A DNA stretch of 39,414 nucleotides, taken from an uncultured Alistipes sp. (lineage in GTDB: Bacteria; Bacteroidota; Bacteroidia; Bacteroidales; Rikenellaceae). Positions within the stretch are counted from its first letter, which is position 1, and the number at the start of each line of letters is the position of its first letter. Positions 25,263-35,087 of the stretch are shown piece after piece. The stretch is from positions 1 to 39,414 of the forward strand of contig CAZVGH010000002.1 in NCBI GenBank assembly GCA_964626515.1, given 5' to 3'. The notes under the pieces are model-generated. The model was given only the letters and a program-made list of their open reading frames with translations, did not search any database and was not told the DNA's origin. The translations under genes were made by a program, and so were the position numbers.

Positions 25263-27578
25263 TTATCCGCGTCGTCTCCGCAGGCAGATCGCGAGCCCGA
25301 GCAGACCGATCGCGATCGGTATTGCGAAGAGGTAGATCCAGGTGACGGTCCGCAGCGAGGCGGGCGTCAGCGTGATATCCGTGTCGCGTCTGGGCTGGTG
25401 GGCGGCCGAAACGGGGAACTGGCCGTAGCAGAGGCGGCGGAACAGGTCGGGAATCATCGTAAAATTCGAACTAATGATCCCCGGGCGCTGTCCTGCCGTC
25501 AGCTCGGCATTGCTGAAGCAGTCGGCGTCGCCCGTGACGTAGATGCGCTGCTGCCGTCCGTTAAACGGCCGCGTCAGCAGCACGGCCGTGGGATAGCAGC
25601 CCGCCGTCTCGCCCGCAGCGGGGTCGAGGGTCGGCGTCTCAGCCGTGAAATCGGTCGTCTGCCGCTCGATCCATGCGTCGGCCGACGTCTGCAAGGTCAC
25701 GAGGGGGCGGAAACGGGTGGTGTCGATGATCTCGAGCGCCGCGGCCGATGGCATCGTGACTGCATTGCGGGGGCCCCGCAGCATGCTCCGGTAGACGCCG
25801 CCGAGCGAGTCGGCCGCCTGCTGCGTGGGGCGGACGGTCGTCAGGTCGCAGGCGTGAACCTCCGAAGGCTGCACAAGCACCCCTTCGCGCAGCCGCACGC
25901 CGAAGCGTCCGAGCAGCGGATTCATCGTTCCGGCGCGCCCCACATCTCCGAGGATCAAGAGGTTGCCGCCACGGTCGACGAAACGGTCGATCGCCTCCGT
26001 CTCACGCTCGGTGAGCGGCTTGCGCAGCTCGGCGATGAGTAGGATGCTGATCTCTTCGGGAACGTCGCCCGCCTCGTCGAGGTTGAGTTCGATGACGTCG
26101 AAGCCCTGGTTGATCAGCGAATAGCGGAAGCGGCCGCGCGTGGCGAAGATCGAGTAGTCGCGGTCGCCCGTCTTCGCGATCGAGCGCTCATAGTGCCCCG
26201 TGAGGGTACCGACCTTCACGAGCGGCACGATCATCTTCTTCAGCGCCGCCGAGATCTCCCGCTCCTCGGGGTGGCGCATCATATCGTCGAACAGACGCAG
26301 CCGCGCCTCCTCGCCCGAGCCGCGCCGGATGACGCGCACGAAGCGGTACCCTTCGGCCGCGAGGTCGATCTCGCCCTTCAGCTCCTCGGCGCTCTTCAGG
26401 CGGCGCGGGTTGAATCCCTTCTTGCGGGCCACTTCGCAGGCGATGCCGTATGTGTCCAGATCGGGATACTGCTCGCGGAGCGCCGCGTCGCGCGGTTCGG
26501 AGTAGTAGTAGACGTATTTCATGCGGATTTCGGGCTTGTAGCGCGTGTACCTTTTGAAACGGGCGTAATCCTGCATCTGCGTCTGCGGCGAGGCGAGGTC
26601 GAACTCTGCATCGAAGATGTCGAGATAGGTAGTGATCGTCAGCGGGCCGTCGAGCTGCTGCATGATCTCCTGGCTCTCCGCGGAGAGGGTGCGCTCCTTG
26701 TTGTGCGTCGCGTCGTAGAAGGTCATGACGGCCGGGCGCGAGCTGACGAAGCCGATAAGAACGATCGTGGCGAAGGCCGTGCCGTAGCGGACGAGCTTCT
26801 GGCGCCATGTTCGGCGCGAACGGTCGTTGTCGAGCTTGATGACCGTCAGCCACAGGAAGAGCAGGATGACGGAGAGAAAATAGACGACGTCGTCGCTGCA
26901 GATGAGGCCGCCTACCATCTCGCTGGCGCGCCCCTTGATCGAGAGCCAGTAGGTGATCTCACGCACGAAGGGCATCGTCTGGCCGACCTGACCCACGTAG
27001 TTGAAGAAGGCGAGGGCCGTGAGCGTCGAGATGGCGGCGACCACCTGGTAGGAGGTGAGCGACGACATGAAGAGACCGATCGAGCAGTAGGTGAGGATCA
27101 GCAGGAACATCGAGAGCAGACCCGCCAGTACGAGCGTGACGTCGACGCCGGGGATCGTGCAGTACATGACGGCGAACGGCAGGGCCAGCACCAGCACGAA
27201 GAAGAGCGTGAAGACGACCATCGCCAGGAATTTGCCGCCGACGATGTGGGTGCTTGAGACGGGCGAGGAGTAGAGCAGCTTGATCGACCCCGAGGCGTAT
27301 TCGCGGCTCATGAGGTTCATCGTGAGCAGCGGAATATAGAGGTAGATCGTGTGCTGGATCATCTCGTAGATGCCTGAATAGCCGAGGACGACGCCGGCCG
27401 TGGCGCTGAACGTGATCTGCCGGCCGAGCGCCTTGATGCGGACGATCTGGGTCAGGATATTGCTGAAATCCATGCCGAGGTGGACGGCGAAGGCGATCAG
27501 CAGCAGCCATGCGACGGGCGAGTAGAAGAGGGTCGCCAGTTCGTTGCGGGCGATCCCGCATATCAGTTTGCGATTCAT
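25263..27578 (-). CDS. ABC-2 permease fused to GldG-family periplasmic domain (paralog 2)
   Basis: IARNELATLFYSPVAW, SREYASGSIKLLYSSP, TGHYER, GDADCFSN, C-terminal TM then RRRRG. Confidence 0.88.
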   Translation of the reverse strand: MNRKLICGIARNELATLFYSPVAWLLLIAFAVHLGMDFSNILTQIVRIKALGRQITFSATAGVVLGYSGIYEMIQHTIYLYIPLLTMNLMSREYASGSIKLLYSSPVSSTHIVGGKFLAMVVFTLFFVLVLALPFAVMYCTIPGVDVTLVLAGLLSMFLLILTYCSIGLFMSSLTSYQVVAAISTLTALAFFNYVGQVGQTMPFVREITYWLSIKGRASEMVGGLICSDDVVYFLSVILLFLWLTVIKLDNDRSRRTWRQKLVRYGTAFATIVLIGFVSSRPAVMTFYDATHNKERTLSAESQEIMQQLDGPLTITTYLDIFDAEFDLASPQTQMQDYARFKRYTRYKPEIRMKYVYYYSEPRDAALREQYPDLDTYGIACEVARKKGFNPRRLKSAEELKGEIDLAAEGYRFVRVIRRGSGEEARLRLFDDMMRHPEEREISAALKKMIVPLVKVGTLTGHYERSIAKTGDRDYSIFATRGRFRYSLINQGFDVIELNLDEAGDVPEEISILLIAELRKPLTERETEAIDRFVDRGGNLLILGDVGRAGTMNPLLGRFGVRLREGVLVQPSEVHACDLTTVRPTQQAADSLGGVYRSMLRGPRNAVTMPSAAALEIIDTTRFRPLVTLQTSADAWIERQTTDFTAETPTLDPAAGETAGCYPTAVLLTRPFNGRQQRIYVTGDADCFSNAELTAGQRPGIISSNFTMIPDLFRRLCYGQFPVSAAHQPRRDTDITLTPASLRTVTWIYLFAIPIAIGLLGLAICLRRRRG

Positions 27579-27591
27579 GGGTAGTTTCGGA

Positions 27592-29913
27592 TTAGTTTCT
27601 GCGGCGGACGAGCCAGATGCCGATGCCGGTCAGCAGCAGCAGGCCGGGCAGAATGATCTTGAAAAGGACGGTGAGCGGGGTGGCTGCGTCGGACGATACC
27701 GAGAAGCGGCTGTCGAGGGTGTGGGGACGGCGCACGTCGACCGGGAACTCGCCGCCGGTGAGGTAGCGGAAACTCTCGAGGATCAGCTTTTGGTTGCCGG
27801 GGCTATACCCCTCGCGCTGGCTCGCCAGCTCGTTGTTGGCGAAGCAGTCGGCGTCGCCCGTGACAAGGATGCGCTGCGTGCGTCCGTTTACCTCGCGCTC
27901 GGCGGCGTAGGCGGTGATGTAGCGCTGTTCGCGCTCGCCTGCTGCCGGGTTGCAGACGACGGGAGCCCCCTCGAAGGCCGGCTCCTCGCATTCGATCCAT
28001 GCGCCGCTGTCCTGGGTGCGGAGCACGGGAATGTGGCGGAAGCCCGTACCGTTGTCGAGGGTCGAGAGGGCGGCGCAGCCCGGCATCGAGATGCGCAGGC
28101 GGCCCTGCTGCAGGCCGGCACGGAAGCTGTCGCCGAGTTCGGCCGCTTCGTCGGTCACCGCGGAGAGCACCAGTTCGGGATCGAAATCGCCGAAGGGCTG
28201 CACGAGCCGGTGCGGCTCCATCGCAAGGCCGAAGCCGGCCAGCAGCGGATTCATCACGTCGCGGTCTTCGGGATCGGTCAGCACCAGCAGGTTGCCGCCG
28301 CGGTCCGTATAACGCCCGATCGAGGCCTGTTCGGCCGCCGCGAGGGGGCGTTTCATGTCGGCGATCACCACGATGTCGATCCCGTCGGGCACCTCGGCCC
28401 CGTCGGCGAGGTTCAGTTCGCGGATCTCGAAGCCCTGGTTGACGAGGGCCGTGCGGTTGTACGTCTCGACGGCGAAGCGGCTGTATCCGCGGTCGCTCGG
28501 GTTGCCTGCCTGCCGCTCGCCGTGCCCCGTGAGGAAGCCGACGGTCACGGCTCCGACGGTCAGGCGCTTGAATGCGGCGATGATCTCGGCCTCCGACGGA
28601 ACCTGCCGGTCGTCTTCGAAATCGGGCAGGCGGATCGAGCGGCCGTCGGCCGTTGCGACCACGCGTGTGAAGGCGGACTGCACATCCCGCAGGTCAACCT
28701 GCGCGCGAACCTCCTCGGGCGTGTGGAAGACGCGCGGATCGAGGTCGTAGATGATCGCCATGAGGTCGCGCGCCTCGTCGAGCGTCTTGCCGCTGAACCG
28801 GGGGTGGGTCACCAGCTGCGGCACCGAGTCGTAGTAGAAGAAGTAGCGCTCCTCGAGATCGCTCTTGCGGACGCGATAGGGGATGAAGAGTCGCCGGTTC
28901 TGCATGAGGCGGTTCGGCAGGTAGGAGGTGCTCTTGTTGTCGAGCAGGTTCACGTAGTTCGTGATCGTCACGGGACCCTCGACGGCTGCCAGCGTCCGGC
29001 AGCTCTGTTCGGTGATCGACTGCCGCCCGAAGCGGGTCGCGTCCCAGACGCGCACGAGTGCGGGCTGCGAGGAGACGACGCCGATGATGAGCACGGCGGC
29101 GAAGACGCCTGCGTAGGCGGCCGTGCGCCGCAGCCGGCTGATGGTGCGGCGTCCGAATGCGATGCGGAAGCGGGTGAAGGCGAGGAACAGCGTCGTGACG
29201 GCGAGGAAGTAGATCAGATCGTCGCTGCGCAGCTGTCCCATGAGCATTTCGGTCGAGCGGCCGTTGACCGAGAGCCAGTAGGTGAGCTCGCGGATGGCGG
29301 CATACTGCTGACCCACGCTACCGATGAATCGCAGCGTGGCGAGAATGGCGAGCGTGCCGATGGCGGCGACCACCTGGTAGGAGGTGAGCGACGACATGTA
29401 GAGGCCCACGGCGCAGGAGACGCAGATGAGCAGGAAGATGCCGAGCAGCGCCACCAGCACGGGGCACCAGTCGAAGTGGGTGATGGTGCAGGCGCCGGTG
29501 AACATCGAGGCGATCGGCACGAGCATCATGCAGATGCCGAAGCCGACGGCGGCGAAGTACTTGCCCAGCACGATCTGCGTGCTCGTCACGGGCGACGAGT
29601 AGAGCAGTTTGATCGACCCCGAGGCGGTTTCGCGGCTCAGCAGACCCATCGTCAGCAGCGGGATGTAGATATAGAGCTGATAGACGATGCCGGCAAGGAA
29701 GCCGTTCTGGGGATCCAGGTAGAGATAATCGGTGAGCGAGATGTTCGCCAGCGGATCGTAGCCGTTGAGGTCGTAATGGGTAAGGAAACTCGAGATGCTC
29801 CCGACGAAGCTCGAGGCGGTCAGGAACGAGAAGATGATCAGGATGAACCACGCGATCGGGGAGTAGAAGAGGGTCGCCAGCTCGGTGCGGGCGATGCGCA
29901 GGATGATCTTCAT
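27592..29913 (-). CDS. ABC-2 permease fused to GldG-family periplasmic domain (paralog 1)
   Basis: IARTELATLFYSPIAW, GFLTGHGER, GDADCFAN, C-terminal TM then RRRN. Confidence 0.88.
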   Translation of the reverse strand: MKIILRIARTELATLFYSPIAWFILIIFSFLTASSFVGSISSFLTHYDLNGYDPLANISLTDYLYLDPQNGFLAGIVYQLYIYIPLLTMGLLSRETASGSIKLLYSSPVTSTQIVLGKYFAAVGFGICMMLVPIASMFTGACTITHFDWCPVLVALLGIFLLICVSCAVGLYMSSLTSYQVVAAIGTLAILATLRFIGSVGQQYAAIRELTYWLSVNGRSTEMLMGQLRSDDLIYFLAVTTLFLAFTRFRIAFGRRTISRLRRTAAYAGVFAAVLIIGVVSSQPALVRVWDATRFGRQSITEQSCRTLAAVEGPVTITNYVNLLDNKSTSYLPNRLMQNRRLFIPYRVRKSDLEERYFFYYDSVPQLVTHPRFSGKTLDEARDLMAIIYDLDPRVFHTPEEVRAQVDLRDVQSAFTRVVATADGRSIRLPDFEDDRQVPSEAEIIAAFKRLTVGAVTVGFLTGHGERQAGNPSDRGYSRFAVETYNRTALVNQGFEIRELNLADGAEVPDGIDIVVIADMKRPLAAAEQASIGRYTDRGGNLLVLTDPEDRDVMNPLLAGFGLAMEPHRLVQPFGDFDPELVLSAVTDEAAELGDSFRAGLQQGRLRISMPGCAALSTLDNGTGFRHIPVLRTQDSGAWIECEEPAFEGAPVVCNPAAGEREQRYITAYAAEREVNGRTQRILVTGDADCFANNELASQREGYSPGNQKLILESFRYLTGGEFPVDVRRPHTLDSRFSVSSDAATPLTVLFKIILPGLLLLTGIGIWLVRRRN

Positions 29914-29923
29914 GGCTGCGGGA

Positions 29924-30862
29924 TCAATGGTTGTCGTTTTTGAGTTTTCCCGAGAGCTGGGCGAAGATCACGTCGAGCGAGCAGCGTTCGAGGGCGATTT
30001 CGCGCAGGTGCCAGCCGGCGGCGATGCTGCGGGCGATGATGCGCTCGGTGATCGTCTCGTCCTCCGTGAAGCGGATGCGGTACATGCCCGGGCCCGTGCA
30101 GTCGACGTGCAGCACATGCTCGATCGCGGCTAACTCCCCGAGGGCGGGCGGGTTGGCGAAGGTCACCGTGAGGCTGTTGGGCACCACGTAGTTGTCGAAC
30201 TCCTCGATCGTGCCCGAGAAGACCATGTTGCCGTGCTCGATCATGCGGATGTCGCGGCAGGTGGCCTGCACCTCGGAGAGGATGTGGGTCGAGAGCAGCA
30301 CCGAGTGGTCGACGGCGATCTCCTTGATGAGCGAGCGGATCTCGAGGATCTGGTTGGGGTCCAGACCGTTCGTCGGCTCGTCGAGTACGACGAACTCGGG
30401 GTCGTGGACGATGGCCTGGGCGATGCCCACGCGCTGCTGGTAGCCGCCCGAGAGGTTCTTGATGAGGCGCTTGCTGAAGTGGCCGATGGCGCAGCGCTCT
30501 TTGGCCCGCTCGACGGCGGCGCGGATCGCCCGCGGCTCCATGCGGCGCAGCGTCGCGCAGTGCACGAGGTATTCGTCGACCGTCAGGTCGGGATAGAGGG
30601 GCGGTTTCTGGGGCAGGAAGCCGATGTGGCGCTTCGCCTCGACGGGGTTCTTGCGCAGGTCGATGCCGTTGATCAGGACGTCGCCCTCGGTCTGGTTCAG
30701 GACGCCGCAGATGATGTTCATCGTCGTCGACTTGCCGGCGCCGTTCGAGCCCAGCAGGCCCAGAATGCCCGTCTTCTCGATCGAGAAGCTGATATCGCGG
30801 ATCGCCCAGTTGACGCTGTAGCGGTGCGACAGGTGTTTGACTTCGACAATGGGAGTGCTCAT
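29924..30862 (-). CDS. ABC transporter ATP-binding protein (GldA-like)
   Basis: GSNGAGKST, LSGGYQQR, LDEPTNGLDP, STH; likely start at MSTPIVEV. Confidence 0.93.
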   Translation of the reverse strand: MSTPIVEVKHLSHRYSVNWAIRDISFSIEKTGILGLLGSNGAGKSTTMNIICGVLNQTEGDVLINGIDLRKNPVEAKRHIGFLPQKPPLYPDLTVDEYLVHCATLRRMEPRAIRAAVERAKERCAIGHFSKRLIKNLSGGYQQRVGIAQAIVHDPEFVVLDEPTNGLDPNQILEIRSLIKEIAVDHSVLLSTHILSEVQATCRDIRMIEHGNMVFSGTIEEFDNYVVPNSLTVTFANPPALGELAAIEHVLHVDCTGPGMYRIRFTEDETITERIIARSIAAGWHLREIALERCSLDVIFAQLSGKLKNDNH

Positions 30863-30988
30863 AGGTTGGTGTTTGTGTTGGATGTGATACGGATTTGAGA
30901 GCGGAAAAACGCGCCGGCGGAGCGTCCGCACGGCAGGCCCGTGCGCTGTTCCGGCGGCGCGTTCTTACTGCATGTGCGTTCGGCAGGA

Positions 30989-32665
30989 TCAATAGCCGGT
31001 CGTGGCGACGTCGAGGATCTTGCCGAATCCGTCGAACTTCATCGCTTTCGAGCGGTCGAGGTTACCCGTTCCGAGCTGCGTCATCGGCACGACATAGACG
31101 AATCCCTCCGTGTCGCTCTTCTGCGTGGTGACGATCACGGCGCTGTTCGTCAGGTCGAGCAGCGGACGGTAGGTTTCCCCGCCGTACATATCGGCCTGAC
31201 ACATCGCGGCCGAATAGTAATAGACGCCCTGTCGGTAGAGTTTGACCGAGGTGATCTGCTCGCCGGCGTCCGGGGTGAACTTCACGCCGCCTTCGACAAC
31301 GTTGCCCGTGATGAAAAGCACGGCGGAGAGCGCGTCGGGCGTAGCGATGTAGAGAATGGCCTGCTTGGTGCAGAACTCCGTGTCGACGGCGCGGTCCAGC
31401 TGCGTCTTGACCGTGCCCGGCAGTGCGATGCGTGCGCGCGGCGCATAGAGCTGCTCGGGCGTGTCGACGGTCCATCCCTCCCAGTTGTCCGGATCTTGGT
31501 AGTGGCCGACCTCGGGCGAATAGGGCGTGATGGTGTAGATGGCGTATTCGCCCGTGGCGTTGTCCTTGAGCAGCATGGCGGGAATATCCTCGTTATAGGT
31601 CATGCCGGCGCCGATGATGCTCTGGTCGCCCATGTTCTCGGCGTCGTAAGCCGGGGTGCCCTCTGCCGGATTTTCGAGCAGCGTGAGGTAGGGAGTTCCC
31701 ATACCGCTCATATCCATCATCATGAACCGTCCCGTCGCCTCATCCAGCCATGCAGCGCTGCAGTAGCCGTCATTGCTGTAGGTCGCCGATGCGCAGATGT
31801 TGTTTTTCATGGCGGTTTGGCTGAAAGCCGCGATCGGCATGCCGAACTGGTTCGCCGAGGTCGGGTTGATGACGTAATTTCCGTGCGTGGTCATCATGAC
31901 CAGACCGGCGGTCGTCGCACTGTTGTTCGCAGCCGAAATGAATTTTTGTACGCGCTGTCCCTCGTACTGGTAGAGCAGGACGTTCGAAGTCGGCTCTGCG
32001 GCGAAGTCCTCGCAATCGAAGCGGACCGGATTCCCCCGGTCGTCGATGGCAAGCAGGTAGTTCCAGTGTGTGCCTGTGATAGAGCTAAACAGATAGGGGT
32101 ACAGCGAACCGAGCAGCGCGGGGTACGGTGTGCCCGTTGCCGAGGTGATGATGTCGCGGAAGATCTTTTCGGGTTTGCCTGCGTAGTTGGTCGTCAGCCG
32201 ATCGTTGAGGATCAGCGTCAGATCGGAACTTACGCCGTCCTTCGTGTCGCTGACCACCAGGCCGTCGAGAAAGGCGGTTTGTACATAAAGATTCCATGCG
32301 AACAGATACTCCAACTCATTGGCGAGGTCCGTCACGGTCAGCTTCAGCAGGTAACTGCCGATGTTGATCGGCTGGTTCAGCACCGTATGCAGTTCACGTT
32401 CCGTACCGATCACTTCGAAATCGCTGCTTTTCGGAATATCGTTGATCTCCCAACGGTAGGTATAGTTCTCATTGTCCAGCTCTTTGCCGCCCTGGGTCAG
32501 TGCAGGTGCGAAATCGAACGGCTCGAGATAGCCGATCGAAATGTCGGCCTGGTCGTTGGCTGCCAGCTCGATATCTGCGACGCTGTTGACGGGAAAGGTC
32601 GTCTTGTCTTCGATGCAGGCCGTGAGCGAGGCGGCTGCAAGGAGCGTTATAAGGATCTTCTTCAT
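30989..32665 (-). CDS. PKD-like family surface lipoprotein
   Basis: Lipobox LTAC-IEDK; YTYRWEI...GSYLLKLTVTD PKD-like segment; position in SusCD locus. Confidence 0.75.
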   Translation of the reverse strand: MKKILITLLAAASLTACIEDKTTFPVNSVADIELAANDQADISIGYLEPFDFAPALTQGGKELDNENYTYRWEINDIPKSSDFEVIGTERELHTVLNQPINIGSYLLKLTVTDLANELEYLFAWNLYVQTAFLDGLVVSDTKDGVSSDLTLILNDRLTTNYAGKPEKIFRDIITSATGTPYPALLGSLYPYLFSSITGTHWNYLLAIDDRGNPVRFDCEDFAAEPTSNVLLYQYEGQRVQKFISAANNSATTAGLVMMTTHGNYVINPTSANQFGMPIAAFSQTAMKNNICASATYSNDGYCSAAWLDEATGRFMMMDMSGMGTPYLTLLENPAEGTPAYDAENMGDQSIIGAGMTYNEDIPAMLLKDNATGEYAIYTITPYSPEVGHYQDPDNWEGWTVDTPEQLYAPRARIALPGTVKTQLDRAVDTEFCTKQAILYIATPDALSAVLFITGNVVEGGVKFTPDAGEQITSVKLYRQGVYYYSAAMCQADMYGGETYRPLLDLTNSAVIVTTQKSDTEGFVYVVPMTQLGTGNLDRSKAMKFDGFGKILDVATTGY

Positions 32666-32680
32666 GATTGTTTCACGTGA

Positions 32681-33547
32681 TTAATAGGTTCTTGCCTTGA
32701 TGGGTTTCCCGGCCTGGGCTCCGGCGTTGTGCAGCAGCTCTTCGCCGTGCTCGGCCTTGTAGGCATTGAGGTAATCCTGCAGCATCAGCGCGTAGGCTTT
32801 GTAAAGGTCGCCCGTTACGAGTGCGGTGTAGCGGGGTAGATACTTGTAAGACTGGTAGGTCGCCTCGTTGTTGTAAATCTGGTGCTTGGAACTGTCGTTC
32901 CAGTCGTCCCAACCCGTAGCGGCAACGATCGCCTTGAGCCCGTTCGGGCTGATCTGAGCGGCTGACGTAGAGATATAACTTGCCTCGCCTGCGATCAGCA
33001 TGTTGTACGTGCGGCGGAGGTTGTTGTGCGTCGGATAGGGGATCGAGTTGTGCCAGGTGAGCTGCGTGCGCAGGTAGTGCGACTGGCCGACCTTCAGCTG
33101 CTCGTTTTCTACGAGCCGGAATCCCACCGTGTAGCTCATGTCGTTGAGCTCTTCCGCATTGTCGATGCGCACGCGCAGGTAACCGCGAATTTCGTTGGCC
33201 GGAATGACCGAAGCGACGACTTCGTAGCTCCCTTCGGGTGCCGTCGTCTGTTCGGGCAGGATCTCCCAGGCGAAGGTGCGGTCTACCGCAGCCGGCATGC
33301 CGACCAGATAGACGGGAATGTCGAATTCGTGATCCTTGACGAACGGAGTGTCGAGAAACGAATAGCTGAAATAGGAAAAATTGGTTTCACTGTCAAAAAC
33401 CAACTCCTGATCGGAGAATGTGCTGACGCTACCTGCCGTGAAGCGGACTGCATCGTAGTCGGCATCGTAGTTTTCGATGGCCGAGTCGCCGCAGGCCGTC
33501 GAAAAGAGGGCGGCGAACAGACCGAAAGTTATGATCGTGTGTTTCAT
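32681..33547 (-). CDS. Lipoprotein, DUF4843-like (alternative start 33556)
   Basis: Lipobox STAC; YSF...IPVYLVG...DRTF; typical position after susD. Confidence 0.7.
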   Translation of the reverse strand: MKHTIITFGLFAALFSTACGDSAIENYDADYDAVRFTAGSVSTFSDQELVFDSETNFSYFSYSFLDTPFVKDHEFDIPVYLVGMPAAVDRTFAWEILPEQTTAPEGSYEVVASVIPANEIRGYLRVRIDNAEELNDMSYTVGFRLVENEQLKVGQSHYLRTQLTWHNSIPYPTHNNLRRTYNMLIAGEASYISTSAAQISPNGLKAIVAATGWDDWNDSSKHQIYNNEATYQSYKYLPRYTALVTGDLYKAYALMLQDYLNAYKAEHGEELLHNAGAQAGKPIKARTY

Positions 33548-33568
33548 GTCGTACATGTGTTTTTCGGG

Positions 33569-35074
33569 TTATTGGATACGTCCCGATTCGGTCTCGAAGT
33601 CGGGGTAGGGCAGTACGTACTGCGCATCGCCCATGACCGCCTCGAAATCGGGAATTTCGGTGAAACCGAGGCGTTTGTAGTAGTAGAACATGACGCCTTC
33701 GGCCAGGAACTCCTTGCGGTACTCCTTGCGGATCTCCTCCATGACGTCGACGCTCTCCGGCAGCGGATCGTAAAGGCCGCGCTTCTCACGCACGATGTTC
33801 AGCAGCTCGACCGCCTTCGCGGGATCGGGGGTCTCTCCCGTCGCATAGCATTCGGCGGCGATGTAGTACATCTCCGGGAGGCGGATCAGCGGCACGCGGT
33901 TGTAGTAATAGTTGCCATTCTCCGAATTAAGCAGTTTTTTCGACACGTAACCCTGATCCGCGGTGCTGCTCTGCGTCTGATCCAGCAGCCCGTTCCAGGC
34001 GCGCCAGTCGGTGGGGCTCATCTCGTAGATAAGGTCCACATTGGCGGGCGTGACGAAGAGCGGATCCTGGTCGTTTCGCGTATAGTTCGTAATGTAGTAC
34101 GGTTTCAGCGACCTCTGCAGCGTCGGGACATTGAGCGCGAAGATCTGCTCGAGACCCATGCCGGGAAAGGCTGCCACGTCGTTTGCCGTCATCCAGCGCC
34201 AGATGTTGAAGTTGCCGATCTTGCCGCTCTTGCTCAGGAAATCGGCGATCACCTCCTCGGCGGCCTCGCGGGCCAGCTTCTTGCTGGCGGGGCTGCCCTC
34301 CCACAGGTAAGCGCGGGCCTGCAGCGCGCGCACGGCGTAGTAGTTGAGGTGCAGGTTGCGCCAGTCGTAGAAACCGTCGGCATTTACCTCGTCGTAGTCG
34401 CTCCACGGACGTGCGCCGGTGATCGGGTCCTGCTCCTTGAGCAGACGGGCCGCCTCCTTCAGATCTTCGGTCAGTTGAACGAAGAAATCCTTCATGGGGA
34501 GCTGCGGCACGGCCTTCTTGTCGACCTTCGTCAGGTAGGGCACGGCGTTCTTGGCGTCGATCTCGGCCTTGCGGGCAGCCCAGTTGCCGTATCCGAAGAG
34601 ACGGATCAGATCGAGATGTATGTAGGCACGGATGGCCAGCAGCTCGCCCTTGATGATGCCGTACTCGATCGGGCCGAGCATGTCGGCCTTGGCATCGATG
34701 TAGAGCAGCGCCTCGTTGGCGTTGACGATGACGTTGTAGGCTTGTGCCCAAATGGCATCGATGTACCCTTTGCTGGTGGTGCGGGCATAGTCGTACTGCT
34801 GGAAATAGTACAAATCGATGCTGTTCATAAGCGAGTACGGCTTGAACTGGCGTCCGAGCAGTTCGGGGAAGAACCAGGAGGTGTTTTGACCGTAAAGGCT
34901 CGCGTCGGTCATGCCGATATAGCAGCCCGTCAGCGTCTGCTGGAAACCGGCGACGGTCGAATAGTGCTCTTCGGCGCGAATTTCGGAGTCGGCCGTCTGG
35001 TCGAGCCAGCTTTCGCAGGCCGTCATGCAGAGAACGGCGGCCGTCAGCAATGCGGATATGAAATGTCTTTTCAT
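33569..35074 (-). CDS. susD: RagB/SusD family lipoprotein
   Basis: TAC-ESWLD lipobox; GELLAIRAYIHLDLIRLFG; RLPEMYYIAAE; EYRKEFLAEG. Confidence 0.93.
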   Translation of the reverse strand: MKRHFISALLTAAVLCMTACESWLDQTADSEIRAEEHYSTVAGFQQTLTGCYIGMTDASLYGQNTSWFFPELLGRQFKPYSLMNSIDLYYFQQYDYARTTSKGYIDAIWAQAYNVIVNANEALLYIDAKADMLGPIEYGIIKGELLAIRAYIHLDLIRLFGYGNWAARKAEIDAKNAVPYLTKVDKKAVPQLPMKDFFVQLTEDLKEAARLLKEQDPITGARPWSDYDEVNADGFYDWRNLHLNYYAVRALQARAYLWEGSPASKKLAREAAEEVIADFLSKSGKIGNFNIWRWMTANDVAAFPGMGLEQIFALNVPTLQRSLKPYYITNYTRNDQDPLFVTPANVDLIYEMSPTDWRAWNGLLDQTQSSTADQGYVSKKLLNSENGNYYYNRVPLIRLPEMYYIAAECYATGETPDPAKAVELLNIVREKRGLYDPLPESVDVMEEIRKEYRKEFLAEGVMFYYYKRLGFTEIPDFEAVMGDAQYVLPYPDFETESGRIQ

Positions 35075-35087
35075 GCGGATCGTTGGA

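Noticed and set aside
27544-29943. 799-aa plus-strand ORF and similar long antisense ORFs (30941-32680, 33026-35158, 35025-36785, 15745-17487, 17921-19654, 20411-22276)
   Set aside because: Shadow frames opposite clear genes, expected from high-GC codon bias; no recognisable motifs.
25263-30862. Gliding motility locus
   Set aside because: Only GldA/F/G-like ABC domains; no other gld/spr genes, and the context is a SusCD operon.
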